DNA from: Vulcanimicrobiota bacterium
GTDB taxonomy: Bacteria; Vulcanimicrobiota; Vulcanimicrobiia; Vulcanimicrobiales; Vulcanimicrobiaceae
DNA: 64,000 nt
Assembly: GCA_963820825.1 (NCBI GenBank)
Contig: CAWGBN010000006.1
Coordinates: forward strand, 96,001 to 160,000
Reading direction: 5' to 3'
This document shows, in pieces, positions 1 to 8,664 of the stretch. A model generated the notes under the pieces. It ran no database searches, was not told the origin of the DNA, and saw only the letters and a list, made by a program, of their open reading frames with translations. A program made the translations under genes and the position numbers. Position 1 is the first letter of the stretch. Each line of letters opens with the position of its first letter.

Positions 1-295
1 CGGCGGCACGGCGATGGGAAATCTGCAGATCAATCTCGCCGATAAGCTGGCCTGGCCGTTTTCCTGCATCATCGGCGTTCTCGTGGCGGTGCCGCTCGCG
101 CTGCGCTTCGGTAAGCGCGGGCGCATGCTCGGCATCGCGCTCTCCATCATTGCCTTCTTCGCGTATTACCTTATGGTTTCAGCGGCATCCGCATTCGGAA
201 GAAATGGAGCCATGAATCCGTACCTCGCCGCGTGGCTGCCGAATATCATCATCGGAGTCGCCGGCGCGGTTCTCCTTTGGCTAGAAGAGCACTGA
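1..295 (+). CDS. LptF/LptG-family LPS export permease, C-terminal part (5' end outside the window)
   Basis: KLAWPFSCIIGVLVAVPL...AAWLPNII matches the YjgP/YjgQ C-terminal TM helices; lies directly upstream of an LptD-like gene. Confidence 0.85.
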   Translation, partial: GGTAMGNLQINLADKLAWPFSCIIGVLVAVPLALRFGKRGRMLGIALSIIAFFAYYLMVSAASAFGRNGAMNPYLAAWLPNIIIGVAGAVLLWLEEH

Positions 296-298
296 GGC

Positions 299-2800
299 GT
301 GCCGTTCGGCAATCGAGTACGTTGCGGTATCACCGCGATAGCGGTGCTCGCCGCCTGCGCCGGCGCGGCCTTTCCGGCGATCGCTCCGGCTACCGGGCAA
401 GACCAACAGCAGCTCGCGCTATCGCTCTTTAACACGCAGAGCTGCGCGCAGCACTATCGCGACGACTCGCAGACGGTCGCGCAAGCGACCGCGACCCCGA
501 GCGAAGAGCCCGCGCCGATCACGACGCCCGGCCTGCCGAACCCGCCCAACGGCGTCGGCAACGGCACCTATACGGTCCGCCGCACGCCGCCGCCGAATCC
601 GGGAGAGTCGCCCGGCGTAACGCCGCCCCCGATCCCGACCGCGACGCCCGCCGCGACGCCGACGCTCGAGCCGATCTTCTTGGTTCGGGGCGGCGAGACG
701 CCCCCGCCGATTCCGCCGGCCGGCGAATCGACGCCCATGCCCTCACCCGCGCCGAGCGGCGTTCCGACGCTCGCGCCGGGCAACATCGCGGTCATCTCCG
801 ACAAGTGGACGGGAAACCGCGCGCGAGGACAGCCGAGCGATGCGATCGGCAACGTGCACATCTACTACGGCGACGAAGAGATCGTCGGCGAGCACGCGCA
901 TTTCGACGGCGTACGCACGATCACGATCACCGGGAATCCCTTTCTGGTCAATCACGAGCACAACTCGGTGCTCGGTGCCGACGTCATCGTCTTCGACACG
1001 GTCGCGCAGACCGCGAAGCTCGTAAACGGAAAAGGCGCGAGCGACGAAGGCGTCCAGCGCGGCTTGATTCACTTTTCCGCCAGCGACCTGCATACCGACC
1101 CCGACGGAACGGCGCACGGCCTGGATCCGTACATCACCACCTGCGAGAACCCTCGGGGCGGCTACCATATCACCGGAAAAGACATGGAGGTCTACCCGGG
1201 CGACAAGATCGTCGTCCACAAAGCCGTGCTCTGGCTCGGCGCGGCCGCGGTCTTCTATCTGCCGCTGCTCGTGATCCCGCTGCGCAGCCTCGAGAATCAG
1301 CGCGGACGCCAGCATTGGTTCCCCGAAGTCGGGTACAACTCGTACGAAGGCGCCTGGATCAAGATCCAGATCCCATTCGGCAAAGATCAGTATTACTACG
1401 GTTACTACATCGTCAATTATTTCACGATGCAGGGCTTGGGCCTCGGCTACGTCGGATTCTATGCGAGCAAGAAAGGGCGACGGAGCGCGAGCGTCAACAT
1501 CTACACGCTCAGCAATCGCCAGGCCGGCGGACGCGAGACGAACCTCGCGCTCGCAGAACAAGAGAATTTCTCCGAACACCTGCGCAGCAACTTTCAGTTT
1601 TCATATCAGTCGAACTACGGCCCGCTCATTACGCTTCCGCCGAACGAGTCGTTTAGTGAAGCGCTCGTTCACCAGACCTCGCAAACGTCTCAGAACTATA
1701 GCTACACGCATTCGTCGATCAGCGGGCAGTCGAGCGCCGATAGCTTCACCTTCAGCGATACGAGGCAATTCAACGAGAATCTCAACGAAACCATCACTTA
1801 CGACATCAGCAACAGCGCCGCGAGCTTCGGCGGCGTGAGCGAATTCAGCAATCAATCCGAGTTCGATTACCTCCTGCAATACACGACCTCGGGCGCCGAT
1901 TACCAGATGGAGTGGGATAAGATTTACGCACAGGAGGCGACCGGCATCAACAAGATTCCGGAGTTCGAAGTGCGGCCGACGAACTTTTTCCAGCACTTCA
2001 TCTTTCCGCTGTCGGCCGACCTAACCGTCGGCGAGTACAGTAATCCCGCCGGGGAGGGGCAGCCGTTAGCGTTGGCGACCTGGCGCGGCGACGCCAACCT
2101 CGTCGCCGGACCGATCGAAGCGAAGGTCTTTGGAAGCGACTTTCAGGGAACCGTTACGGTCGATCAATACGCCTACGGCACGGGCGATCTCAAAGCATCG
2201 GTCGAGCAAGACTTGAGCCTCACCACGCCGATCAGCCAGCACGTCGTCAACACGCTTACCTACAACGAGGCGAACTATAACGGCCCTGCGCTCGTGCCGT
2301 TTCAATATCTCGATCAGCAGCCGACGCAGAACACCAAGAACGCGCAGGATTTGATTCGCCTCTTCAACGACGACATCTATGCGTTCTCGGTCGGCTGGTC
2401 GACGAATTTCGACGCCGTCGCGCAACCGCTAAGTTATCAGCTCTCCGCGCGCCCCTCCCCGCGTTCCGTCGTCTTGCTCAGCGGGTCGTTCATTCCCGGG
2501 CCCGGCCAGGGGTTCGAAACGACGAACCTTCAGCTATCGACGCCGTTCGGCCGCAACGCATCGCTGCAGTTCGTCACCAATATCAACTGGCGCCCCTCGT
2601 TAGGACTCGGCGAGTTCTTCTCCGACAAGGTAATCTACTACACCCGGACCATCGGCAACTGTTACCAGCTGCTCGTACTCTACAACGAGGCGCAACAAGC
2701 GGTCAACGTCGGGCTCAATTTGCTCGCCTTCCCGTCGCAAACCGCGGTCTTCAATCTCGGCCAACCGCAGCAAGTGGTGCCGACCACCTTCAACTTCTGA
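299..2800 (+). CDS. lptD: LptD-like LPS assembly outer-membrane protein with a Pro/Thr-rich N-terminal linker
   Basis: Signal peptide, OstA-like jellyroll, YITTCENP..YHI..K..EVYPGDKI segment typical of LptD, aromatic-rich beta-strands, terminal Phe; Lpt gene context. Confidence 0.7.
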   Translation: MPFGNRVRCGITAIAVLAACAGAAFPAIAPATGQDQQQLALSLFNTQSCAQHYRDDSQTVAQATATPSEEPAPITTPGLPNPPNGVGNGTYTVRRTPPPNPGESPGVTPPPIPTATPAATPTLEPIFLVRGGETPPPIPPAGESTPMPSPAPSGVPTLAPGNIAVISDKWTGNRARGQPSDAIGNVHIYYGDEEIVGEHAHFDGVRTITITGNPFLVNHEHNSVLGADVIVFDTVAQTAKLVNGKGASDEGVQRGLIHFSASDLHTDPDGTAHGLDPYITTCENPRGGYHITGKDMEVYPGDKIVVHKAVLWLGAAAVFYLPLLVIPLRSLENQRGRQHWFPEVGYNSYEGAWIKIQIPFGKDQYYYGYYIVNYFTMQGLGLGYVGFYASKKGRRSASVNIYTLSNRQAGGRETNLALAEQENFSEHLRSNFQFSYQSNYGPLITLPPNESFSEALVHQTSQTSQNYSYTHSSISGQSSADSFTFSDTRQFNENLNETITYDISNSAASFGGVSEFSNQSEFDYLLQYTTSGADYQMEWDKIYAQEATGINKIPEFEVRPTNFFQHFIFPLSADLTVGEYSNPAGEGQPLALATWRGDANLVAGPIEAKVFGSDFQGTVTVDQYAYGTGDLKASVEQDLSLTTPISQHVVNTLTYNEANYNGPALVPFQYLDQQPTQNTKNAQDLIRLFNDDIYAFSVGWSTNFDAVAQPLSYQLSARPSPRSVVLLSGSFIPGPGQGFETTNLQLSTPFGRNASLQFVTNINWRPSLGLGEFFSDKVIYYTRTIGNCYQLLVLYNEAQQAVNVGLNLLAFPSQTAVFNLGQPQQVVPTTFNF

Positions 2801-2815
2801 TCACGGTTTCGCATC

Positions 2816-2968
2816 GCAGCATGCTTTACCGTGCAGTGTCGGTACGCTCGTCGCCCGCGTCCTGCGGGCTCCTGCTGCACCGCGCTCGCGCCACCTGCTG
2901 CGGAAATTTAGACCTCCTGTCAGTGGCGCTCGCGTCGGAGCCCCTCCCAGCACGGTAAAGCATGCCGC
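2816..2968. repeat. Long hairpin / MITE- or REP-like element 1
   Basis: Perfect 16-bp inverted repeat GCATGCTTTACCGTGC (2819-2834) / GCACGGTAAAGCATGC (2950-2965). Confidence 0.7.
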
Positions 2969-2982
2969 AGACTAAAGCGTCG

Positions 2983-3138
2983 AGCGGCGCGGAGGTGCCC
3001 GACGAGAAGCGTTCCAACTTTTCCGGACCAGCCACGGACGGCTGCTTCAAAACTTCGTTGGTCCGGAAAAGTGGACGAGCAGGAGCGAACAGGAGGTGAG
3101 CGACGAGCGTCTTCGAGTCGGGTACGTCTCGCGCCGCT
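2983..3138. repeat. Long hairpin / MITE- or REP-like element 2
   Basis: Imperfect outer inverted repeat 2983-3003 / 3117-3138; perfect 14-bp inner inverted repeat ACTTTTCCGGACCA (3017-3030) / TGGTCCGGAAAAGT (3059-3072). Confidence 0.7.
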
Positions 3139-3141
3139 AAG

Positions 3142-3309
3142 TCAGGGTGTGTCGCACTCGGGGTGGCCGCATGCGCAGGTCTCGCCTTCGATGCCTTGTT
3201 CGTCGGCGTTTCGGCAGAAGTTGCTGCAGTAGACGTCGCTCCCGTCGACCGGCCCGGTCACCGAGCAGTTACAGATGCCGTGCGAACATTCAAGCGGAGA
3301 TTCGTGCAT
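3142..3309 (-). CDS. Bacterial metallothionein-like protein (55 aa, not in the ORF track)
   Basis: Manual translation MHESPLECSHGICNCSVTGPVDGSDVYCSNFCRNADEQGIEGETCACGHPECDTP; 8 Cys and 3 His in the CxHxxCxC...YCSxxC...CxCGHxxC layout of SmtA/BmtA-like proteins; ATG 6 bp after the upstream stop. Confidence 0.8.
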   Translation of the reverse strand: MHESPLECSHGICNCSVTGPVDGSDVYCSNFCRNADEQGIEGETCACGHPECDTP

Positions 3310-3315
3310 CGCGGC

Positions 3316-4065
3316 CTACGACCCGGTCGACCCAGACGAGCACGGCGATGCGGCCGGGTTGTTCGCGATCTCGATGCTGGTGATCTGCGCGGCCGGATCG
3401 CTGATGTTCGGGTCGAGCGCATAGAATGTGGTGTCGAAGCACGTCAGCATATTCAACGTCGGCGAGACCCATTGCGGATCGGCCGGGCCGCCGGCGCCCA
3501 TCGAATCTACGAAACGCCACACACCCGAGCCACTTGCCGCCGTCGTAAACGCGTTGAACTTCCAGTTGTTCGAGGGAGTGGCGCTGGGCGAGGGATTCGG
3601 CGACGGCGTCGAGTTGAAAATTCGTTTTTGAGCGAGGATCGAAAACTCGGTGCCAAGGCCGCCTGCGTTAAGGTTGTAGGAGAACTGTTGAGGCGTCGTG
3701 ATGAGCGGGTGCCAGACCGGAGGAACGTGCGGGTTCTGATTGCTGCGAACGAACTGCACGAGTTGGGCGTTGGTAGAAACGCCGTTTCCCCGTGCCACGA
3801 TCGCCCATGAGTATCCGTCCCAGTTCGTCTGAATCGTATCGGTGGAAGGCGTGCGGCCATCGCCGGTCGTGTTCAGCACGACCAGGTACTGGTAGTTGCT
3901 GAAGTTGAAAGGCGCTTGAACGTTGAAGAATACCGCAAAGTATCCCGGGGGCGCGCCACCGGGCCCTAAGCCCGCAGGATTTGGCGTGACCTGACGACCA
4001 CACGCCGCAACGATGAACGCCGTTATTAGAACGACTACGAAACCGAAACTCAATCTGCGAATCAT
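3316..4065 (-). CDS. Putative lipoprotein of unknown function
   Basis: GAGGAG RBS before ATG 4065; MIRRLSFGFVVVLITAFIVAAC signal peptide with lipobox; beta-rich mature region. Confidence 0.75.
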   Translation of the reverse strand: MIRRLSFGFVVVLITAFIVAACGRQVTPNPAGLGPGGAPPGYFAVFFNVQAPFNFSNYQYLVVLNTTGDGRTPSTDTIQTNWDGYSWAIVARGNGVSTNAQLVQFVRSNQNPHVPPVWHPLITTPQQFSYNLNAGGLGTEFSILAQKRIFNSTPSPNPSPSATPSNNWKFNAFTTAASGSGVWRFVDSMGAGGPADPQWVSPTLNMLTCFDTTFYALDPNISDPAAQITSIEIANNPAASPCSSGSTGS

Positions 4066-4075
4066 GGTCTCCTCG

Positions 4076-5572
4076 GTGACCTTGCGCGACGCCGGTCTCG
4101 CCGCCGTTGCTGCTATTGCTTTGGCGGCGGCATTTCCAAAGATCGGCGCGGCATGGCTCGTGCCCATCGGCACTGCAGCGCTGTTCTGGACTTGGCAAGG
4201 TGCCTCCTGGAAACGTGCGGCGCTCCTCGGTTGGTTCGCGGGATTAATTTTTTTCACGCTCGATTTCGCATGGGTTGGGCATACGGTCGGACGGTACATC
4301 GGCGTTTTCGGACCGTTTCTCGCCTTGGGACCCGCGCTGATCGAGGCGCCGTTCTTCGCGCTCGCCGGCGCACTCGCCGCCGTCGCCTACGAGCATATGC
4401 GACCGAACGTTGCGCCGGTCGGTGCCGCTGCGGCATTTACCGTCTGCGAATGGCTGCGTTCGATCGGGGTGCTTGCCGCGCCCTTCGACCAGCTCGGATA
4501 TACGCAAGCCGATTCACCGGTGCGCGCGATTGCAGCGTATGCGGGCACGTACGGTGTTACCTTCGTGCTCTGCGCGATCGGCGCGTATGCAGCCGACGCC
4601 CTGCATCGCCGCACGTGGCAGCCTTTTACCATCGCCGCGGTTGCGTTCGCGGCGCTGACCGTTGCGGCTTGGAACGCGTGGCCCGCGCGCAACTTGCCGC
4701 CCCCGACGATTGCCGTAGCGGCAATCCAGGGCAACATCGCTCAATCGTTCAAGTGGAATCCCCGCGCGCTCAAGGTTGCAGTGCGGCGCTACACAGCGAT
4801 GACGCGCGTCGCCAGCGCCGGCCGCCCGCGTTTGATCGTGTGGCCGGAGACGGTCATCACGACGGAACTCGACGCCGATATGGATCTCGTCGACCGTTTC
4901 AACGCTCTCGCCCGCACGTCGAAGGCAACGATCGTTGCGGGGAGCCTCGCGGCAGGGCCCGGCGCGCTCTATAACGCGCTCTACGTCTTCTCCCCGGGCG
5001 GAGGCTACGCCGTTTACAATAAGCGACAGCTCGTGCCGTTCGCCGAGTGGTTTCCGGGTCGCGCGTTTCTCTCGTGGCTGCCCTACATCGGTGCGCTCAA
5101 CGGCGGGCTGACGCCCGGAAGGACCGACGGCGTCTATAAGACCAAGGCGCTGCCGATCGCTCCGCTCATCTGCTGGGAGTCGGCCTTTGCCGATCTGGCA
5201 TACGCACAGGTGCGCCGCGGTGCGCAGCTTCTCGTCATCAGCACCGACGACGCGTGGTTCGGAAAGACTTCGGGCCCCTACATGCACGCACAGATCGCCC
5301 AGTTGCGCGCGGTCGAAACCGGCGCGTACGTCGTGCGCGCCGCCGCGACCGGAATCAGCGGCATCATCGCGCCCGACGGAACGTGGCAGATTCGAAGTGC
5401 GGTGGGAGTGCGCCGGATCGTAAAGGGACGCGTCGGCCCGCGCGTCGACACCTTCTTCTCGCGAATCGGACCGACGACCGTCGCGCTGCTCTTGGGCGTG
5501 CTCTATCTCGCGCTCTTGATACCGGTAACCGCGACGTTGCCGCCTCATGCGGGGGAATGGCCCGATGCGTAA
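4076..5572 (+). CDS. lnt: Apolipoprotein N-acyltransferase
   Basis: TM region plus CN-hydrolase motifs QGNI, VWPE, KRQLVPFAE, ICWES, DAWFG; start uncertain (ATG 4064 or GTG 4076). Confidence 0.92.
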   Translation: MTLRDAGLAAVAAIALAAAFPKIGAAWLVPIGTAALFWTWQGASWKRAALLGWFAGLIFFTLDFAWVGHTVGRYIGVFGPFLALGPALIEAPFFALAGALAAVAYEHMRPNVAPVGAAAAFTVCEWLRSIGVLAAPFDQLGYTQADSPVRAIAAYAGTYGVTFVLCAIGAYAADALHRRTWQPFTIAAVAFAALTVAAWNAWPARNLPPPTIAVAAIQGNIAQSFKWNPRALKVAVRRYTAMTRVASAGRPRLIVWPETVITTELDADMDLVDRFNALARTSKATIVAGSLAAGPGALYNALYVFSPGGGYAVYNKRQLVPFAEWFPGRAFLSWLPYIGALNGGLTPGRTDGVYKTKALPIAPLICWESAFADLAYAQVRRGAQLLVISTDDAWFGKTSGPYMHAQIAQLRAVETGAYVVRAAATGISGIIAPDGTWQIRSAVGVRRIVKGRVGPRVDTFFSRIGPTTVALLLGVLYLALLIPVTATLPPHAGEWPDA

Positions 5573-6125
5573 TACAGCCCTTTGGTGGAAACGCCTGGCC
5601 GTCGGGGCGGGCGTCGCGTTAGGGATTTACGTCGTCGTCGAGATCGTGCTCGCCGGCGGCGGCGCGCCGCCCCCGCCGCCGAACCAAGCGCCGATCGATC
5701 TGCGCGGCGGTCACGTGATGAACAACCACATCGCGACGCGCTCGTGGACCTTCGACTACGATCATGCGCGTCTCTCGTCCGACGGACTCAGCGGCAGCGT
5801 CGACGGCGTGCGCAACGGCATCGTCTTCCGCAAAGGCAAGCCCTATCTGCGTGTCTCGGCCAAGCACGTTCAGTTGAACGTTCAGACCCTCGACTTCACT
5901 GCGGTCGGAAAGGTTCACATCGAACGCATCGACGATCCCCAACATCGCTCCTTCGATACCGATCTGGTCACCTGGACGAACGACGCGAAGATGATGCGGA
6001 TGCCGCATCCCGCGTACGTGCACTCAGGAGATCAAACGTTGAGAATCGACGGCATCACCATCAACTTCGACGACAACACCGTCCACCTGGGAAAGGTTAG
6101 CGGCGGCGTCAACATCGCTCATTAA
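5565..6125 (+). CDS. LptC-like membrane-anchored periplasmic beta-jellyroll protein
   Basis: Single N-terminal TM helix followed by repeated beta-strands (W.FDYDHA, FDTDLVTW); overlaps the lnt stop; Lpt context. Confidence 0.6.
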   Translation: MRNTALWWKRLAVGAGVALGIYVVVEIVLAGGGAPPPPPNQAPIDLRGGHVMNNHIATRSWTFDYDHARLSSDGLSGSVDGVRNGIVFRKGKPYLRVSAKHVQLNVQTLDFTAVGKVHIERIDDPQHRSFDTDLVTWTNDAKMMRMPHPAYVHSGDQTLRIDGITINFDDNTVHLGKVSGGVNIAH

Positions 6126-6128
6126 CGA

Positions 6129-6230
6129 AAAAGTCCTGATTTAGATGCGGCTCTAGGAGAGGCGGGGCGACGTTTACTGCGGTAAACGAGCCCCGACTTC
6201 GACAACGAGCCGCGCTAAATCAGGACTTTT
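6129..6230. repeat. ~100-nt nested hairpin between convergent genes (REP-like element or bidirectional terminator)
   Basis: Perfect 16-bp IR AAAAGTCCTGATTTAG (6129-6144) / CTAAATCAGGACTTTT (6215-6230); inner IRs GCGGCTC/GAGCCGC and CGTTTAC/GTAAACG. Confidence 0.7.
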
Positions 6231-6528
6231 CGTCGGAGAGTTTCTTTTTGGCCTCGGCAATCAGCTTCTTAACCTTCTGACCGCCCTTATGTCCAATCTC
6301 TTCGTAAAAATCCGAGCCGTATTTTTCCTTGACGACCTTGCCGCCTTTTTGGCCGATTGATTCGTAGAACTCAACGCCGTGGCGATCGCGGGTCGCCTTT
6401 CCCCCTTTACGACCGATGTCTTCGTAAAAGGTCGATCCGTAGCGATCTCGCACGGTATCCCCGCCCTTTTTACCCGCTTCACGCACGGACATTTCGCGTT
6501 TTGCCGCTTGGTCGTGCTTATCAGCCAT
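6220..6528 (-). CDS. KGG-repeat general stress protein (GsiB/Con-10/Em-like)
   Basis: MSVREAGKKGG plus three FYExIGxKGG repeats; AAGGAG RBS. Confidence 0.9.
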   Translation of the reverse strand: MADKHDQAAKREMSVREAGKKGGDTVRDRYGSTFYEDIGRKGGKATRDRHGVEFYESIGQKGGKVVKEKYGSDFYEEIGHKGGQKVKKLIAEAKKKLSDEKS

Positions 6529-6563
6529 CGGTCTCCTTCATGTAGTTTTAATGGGAGGGAGAG

Positions 6564-6776
6564 TTACGAGGCCGCCTTTCGCTTCGGACGCTGACCGCCT
6601 TTTTGTCCGATCACTTCGTAGAAGGAGGGACCGTACTTACTCTTCGTGGCTTCCCCGCCCTTACGTCCGATCTCTTCGTAGAATTCCGAGCCGTATTTCG
6701 CCTTCACGCGCTCGCCGCCGCGGCGGCCCGCCTCGCGAACGCTCATACCTCCAGCGTTACCGGTCTCTTGTGCCAT
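6564..6776 (-). CDS. KGG-repeat general stress protein (second copy)
   Basis: MSVREAGRRGG, FYEEIGRKGG, FYEVIGQKGG; GAGAGGA RBS before ATG 6776. Confidence 0.88.
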   Translation of the reverse strand: MAQETGNAGGMSVREAGRRGGERVKAKYGSEFYEEIGRKGGEATKSKYGPSFYEVIGQKGGQRPKRKAAS

Positions 6777-6815
6777 TCGAATGTTCCTCTCTGGTTCAAA
6801 GTTCCGAGTTATTCT

Positions 6816-6840
6816 ATTCCCATACAAGCGCTCGGTAAAC
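6816..6840 (-). promoter_or_regulatory. Sigma-B/SigF-type stress promoter
   Basis: Minus strand GTTTAC-N13-GGGAAT about 40 nt upstream of the KGG gene start; fits the GTTT-N15-17-GGGWAW consensus. Confidence 0.65.
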
Positions 6841-6872
6841 TCAGGATTCCCTGAGAATTCGAGGACGTTCCC

Positions 6873-7469
6873 TTAAAACGCGGTTGGGGTCGTCCCCGTG
6901 AGCGCCTCGTAAATCAATCGGGTTCGATCGCGCAAGCGCGCGAGGTTGCCGTCGTTCTCGATGACGTAATCGGCCGCAGCACGAGCGCGCTCGGGTTCGA
7001 TCTGCGCGGCCATCCGCGCACGGACGCGAGCCTCGTCGAGCTTATCGCGCTCGACGACACGGCCGATGCGCTCCTCGAGGGGGGCGACGACCAGAACCGA
7101 CCGGTCGACGAGCCGGTCGTAGCCGGTCTCGAAGAGGAGGGGGACGACGTGGACGATGAGCTGGCCGGGCTTCGCCCGGGCCTCACGCTCGAGGGCGACG
7201 CGGCGGATATGGGGGTGGAGCAGGGCGTTGAGCCGCTCCCGGGCTCGCGGGTCGGCGAAGACGATGTCGGCAAGGGCGGCGCGGTCGAGGGCGCCGTTTC
7301 GCACCGCTTGGGGCCAGACGCGGGCGACCTCCATGAGCCCATCGCTGTTGGGGGCGACGACCTCCCGGGCGATCGCATCGGTGTCGACGACGAAGGCGCC
7401 GAGGTCCGCGAAAACCTCGGCGACTACACTCTTCCCCGCCCCGATGCCGCCGGTCAGACCAACGCGCAC
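6873..7469 (-). CDS. coaE: Dephospho-CoA kinase
   Basis: VGLTGGIGAGKS P-loop, LDRAALA, LLHP.I, VPLLFE, RMAAQ motifs. Confidence 0.95.
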   Translation of the reverse strand: MRVGLTGGIGAGKSVVAEVFADLGAFVVDTDAIAREVVAPNSDGLMEVARVWPQAVRNGALDRAALADIVFADPRARERLNALLHPHIRRVALEREARAKPGQLIVHVVPLLFETGYDRLVDRSVLVVAPLEERIGRVVERDKLDEARVRARMAAQIEPERARAAADYVIENDGNLARLRDRTRLIYEALTGTTPTAF

Positions 7470-7475
7470 GGCGAG

Positions 7476-8636
7476 TTACTCGGCCTGGAGCGGCTCCGTC
7501 GCTGCCGGCGCTGCCGGTTCGAGCCCGATCTCTTCGGCGGCCGCATACTGCTCGATCTCTTCGGGCGGGATGTCGGCAACGTGCTGAATCGAGGCCGTGA
7601 TCCGGCGGGTCGCGTGGTTGATCGTGAGCAGCGTGACCTCGACCTCCTGGCCCGCGCCGAACTGCGCGGAGGCGTCGAACTCGCCCTTGGGCACCATCGC
7701 GAGGATGCCGGGGATGACTTCGACCAAGAGATAGTTCGGCGTCACTTTGACGATCTGCGCGGCCAACTTGTTCGTCTCGTAGAGACGGTCGGCGTATTGA
7801 TCCCACGGATCGGGAAGCGCGTGCTTGAGCGAGAGGCTGACTTTCTTCGCCTCGGGATCGAACTTCATGATCTCGACTTGGACCACGTCGCCGATCTTGA
7901 CGACTTCGGAAGGATGTTTGATCCGCGCGTAGGCGAGCTCGCTATTGTGGATCAGACCGTCGATACCGCCGAGGTCGACGAACGCGCCGAAATCGGCCAA
8001 ACGCACAACGACGCCTTCGCGAATCTGTCCGACCTCGAGCGTGTCGAGCAGCTCCTGTTTCTTCGCTTGCAGCTCTTCCTCGAGAACGAGGCGCTGCGAA
8101 AGAACGACGCGGTGGCGCTTATGGTCGAGATCGATCACCTTCAAGCGAAGGTGCTGGCCGACCAGCTCGTCGAGATTGCCAACCGGCTGACGGCGAATCT
8201 GCGAGGCGGGAACGAAGCCGCGCATGCCGAGGTCGACGAGCACTCCGCCCTTGACCACCTGCGTGACCGTTGCTTCGATGACTTCGTCGCGATCGTGCGC
8301 CTCGATTACTTTCTCCCACGTCTTGAGCGCGCGCGCGCGCCGCTCCGAGAGAAAGAGCGTTCCGTCAAGCTCGTCGATGCGATGGATCATCACCTCGAGC
8401 GTGTCGCCGACGCGAAGCAATTTGGGATCCACCGCGAGCGATAACTCGCGGAACGGAAGGACGCCTTCGGATTTTCCTCCGACGTCGACGAGCACTTCGT
8501 CCTTATCCTTTTGAACGATCGTGCCGGTGAGGACTTGTCCTTCGTCGAGGACCTTGAGCGATTCTTCGTAGAGACGCTGCTCGAGCGCTAACTGATCTTC
8601 TTCGTATTGAACCGGAGCGACTTCAGTTGTAGAGAT
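7476..8636 (-). CDS. rpsA: 30S ribosomal protein S1 (short 4-domain type); probable ATC start
   Basis: S1 repeats ([41 protein letters not shown]); the ORF-track ATG at 8810 lies inside mutM; the only plausible start after an SD-like GAAAGTGGGA is ATC at 8636. Confidence 0.9.
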   Translation of the reverse strand: MSTTEVAPVQYEEDQLALEQRLYEESLKVLDEGQVLTGTIVQKDKDEVLVDVGGKSEGVLPFRELSLAVDPKLLRVGDTLEVMIHRIDELDGTLFLSERRARALKTWEKVIEAHDRDEVIEATVTQVVKGGVLVDLGMRGFVPASQIRRQPVGNLDELVGQHLRLKVIDLDHKRHRVVLSQRLVLEEELQAKKQELLDTLEVGQIREGVVVRLADFGAFVDLGGIDGLIHNSELAYARIKHPSEVVKIGDVVQVEIMKFDPEAKKVSLSLKHALPDPWDQYADRLYETNKLAAQIVKVTPNYLLVEVIPGILAMVPKGEFDASAQFGAGQEVEVTLLTINHATRRITASIQHVADIPPEEIEQYAAAEEIGLEPAAPAATEPLQAE

Positions 8637-8664
8637 TTGACTTTTCCCACTTTCGTAATTTTTA

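Noticed and set aside
480..780. Tandem DNA repeat or phase-variable tract in lptD
   Set aside because: Low complexity reflects a Pro/Thr-rich protein linker; no exact nucleotide repeat unit
2801..3140. CRISPR array or tRNA in the structured intergenic region
   Set aside because: Only inverted repeats are present; no direct repeat-spacer periodicity, no cloverleaf or T-loop, no cas genes
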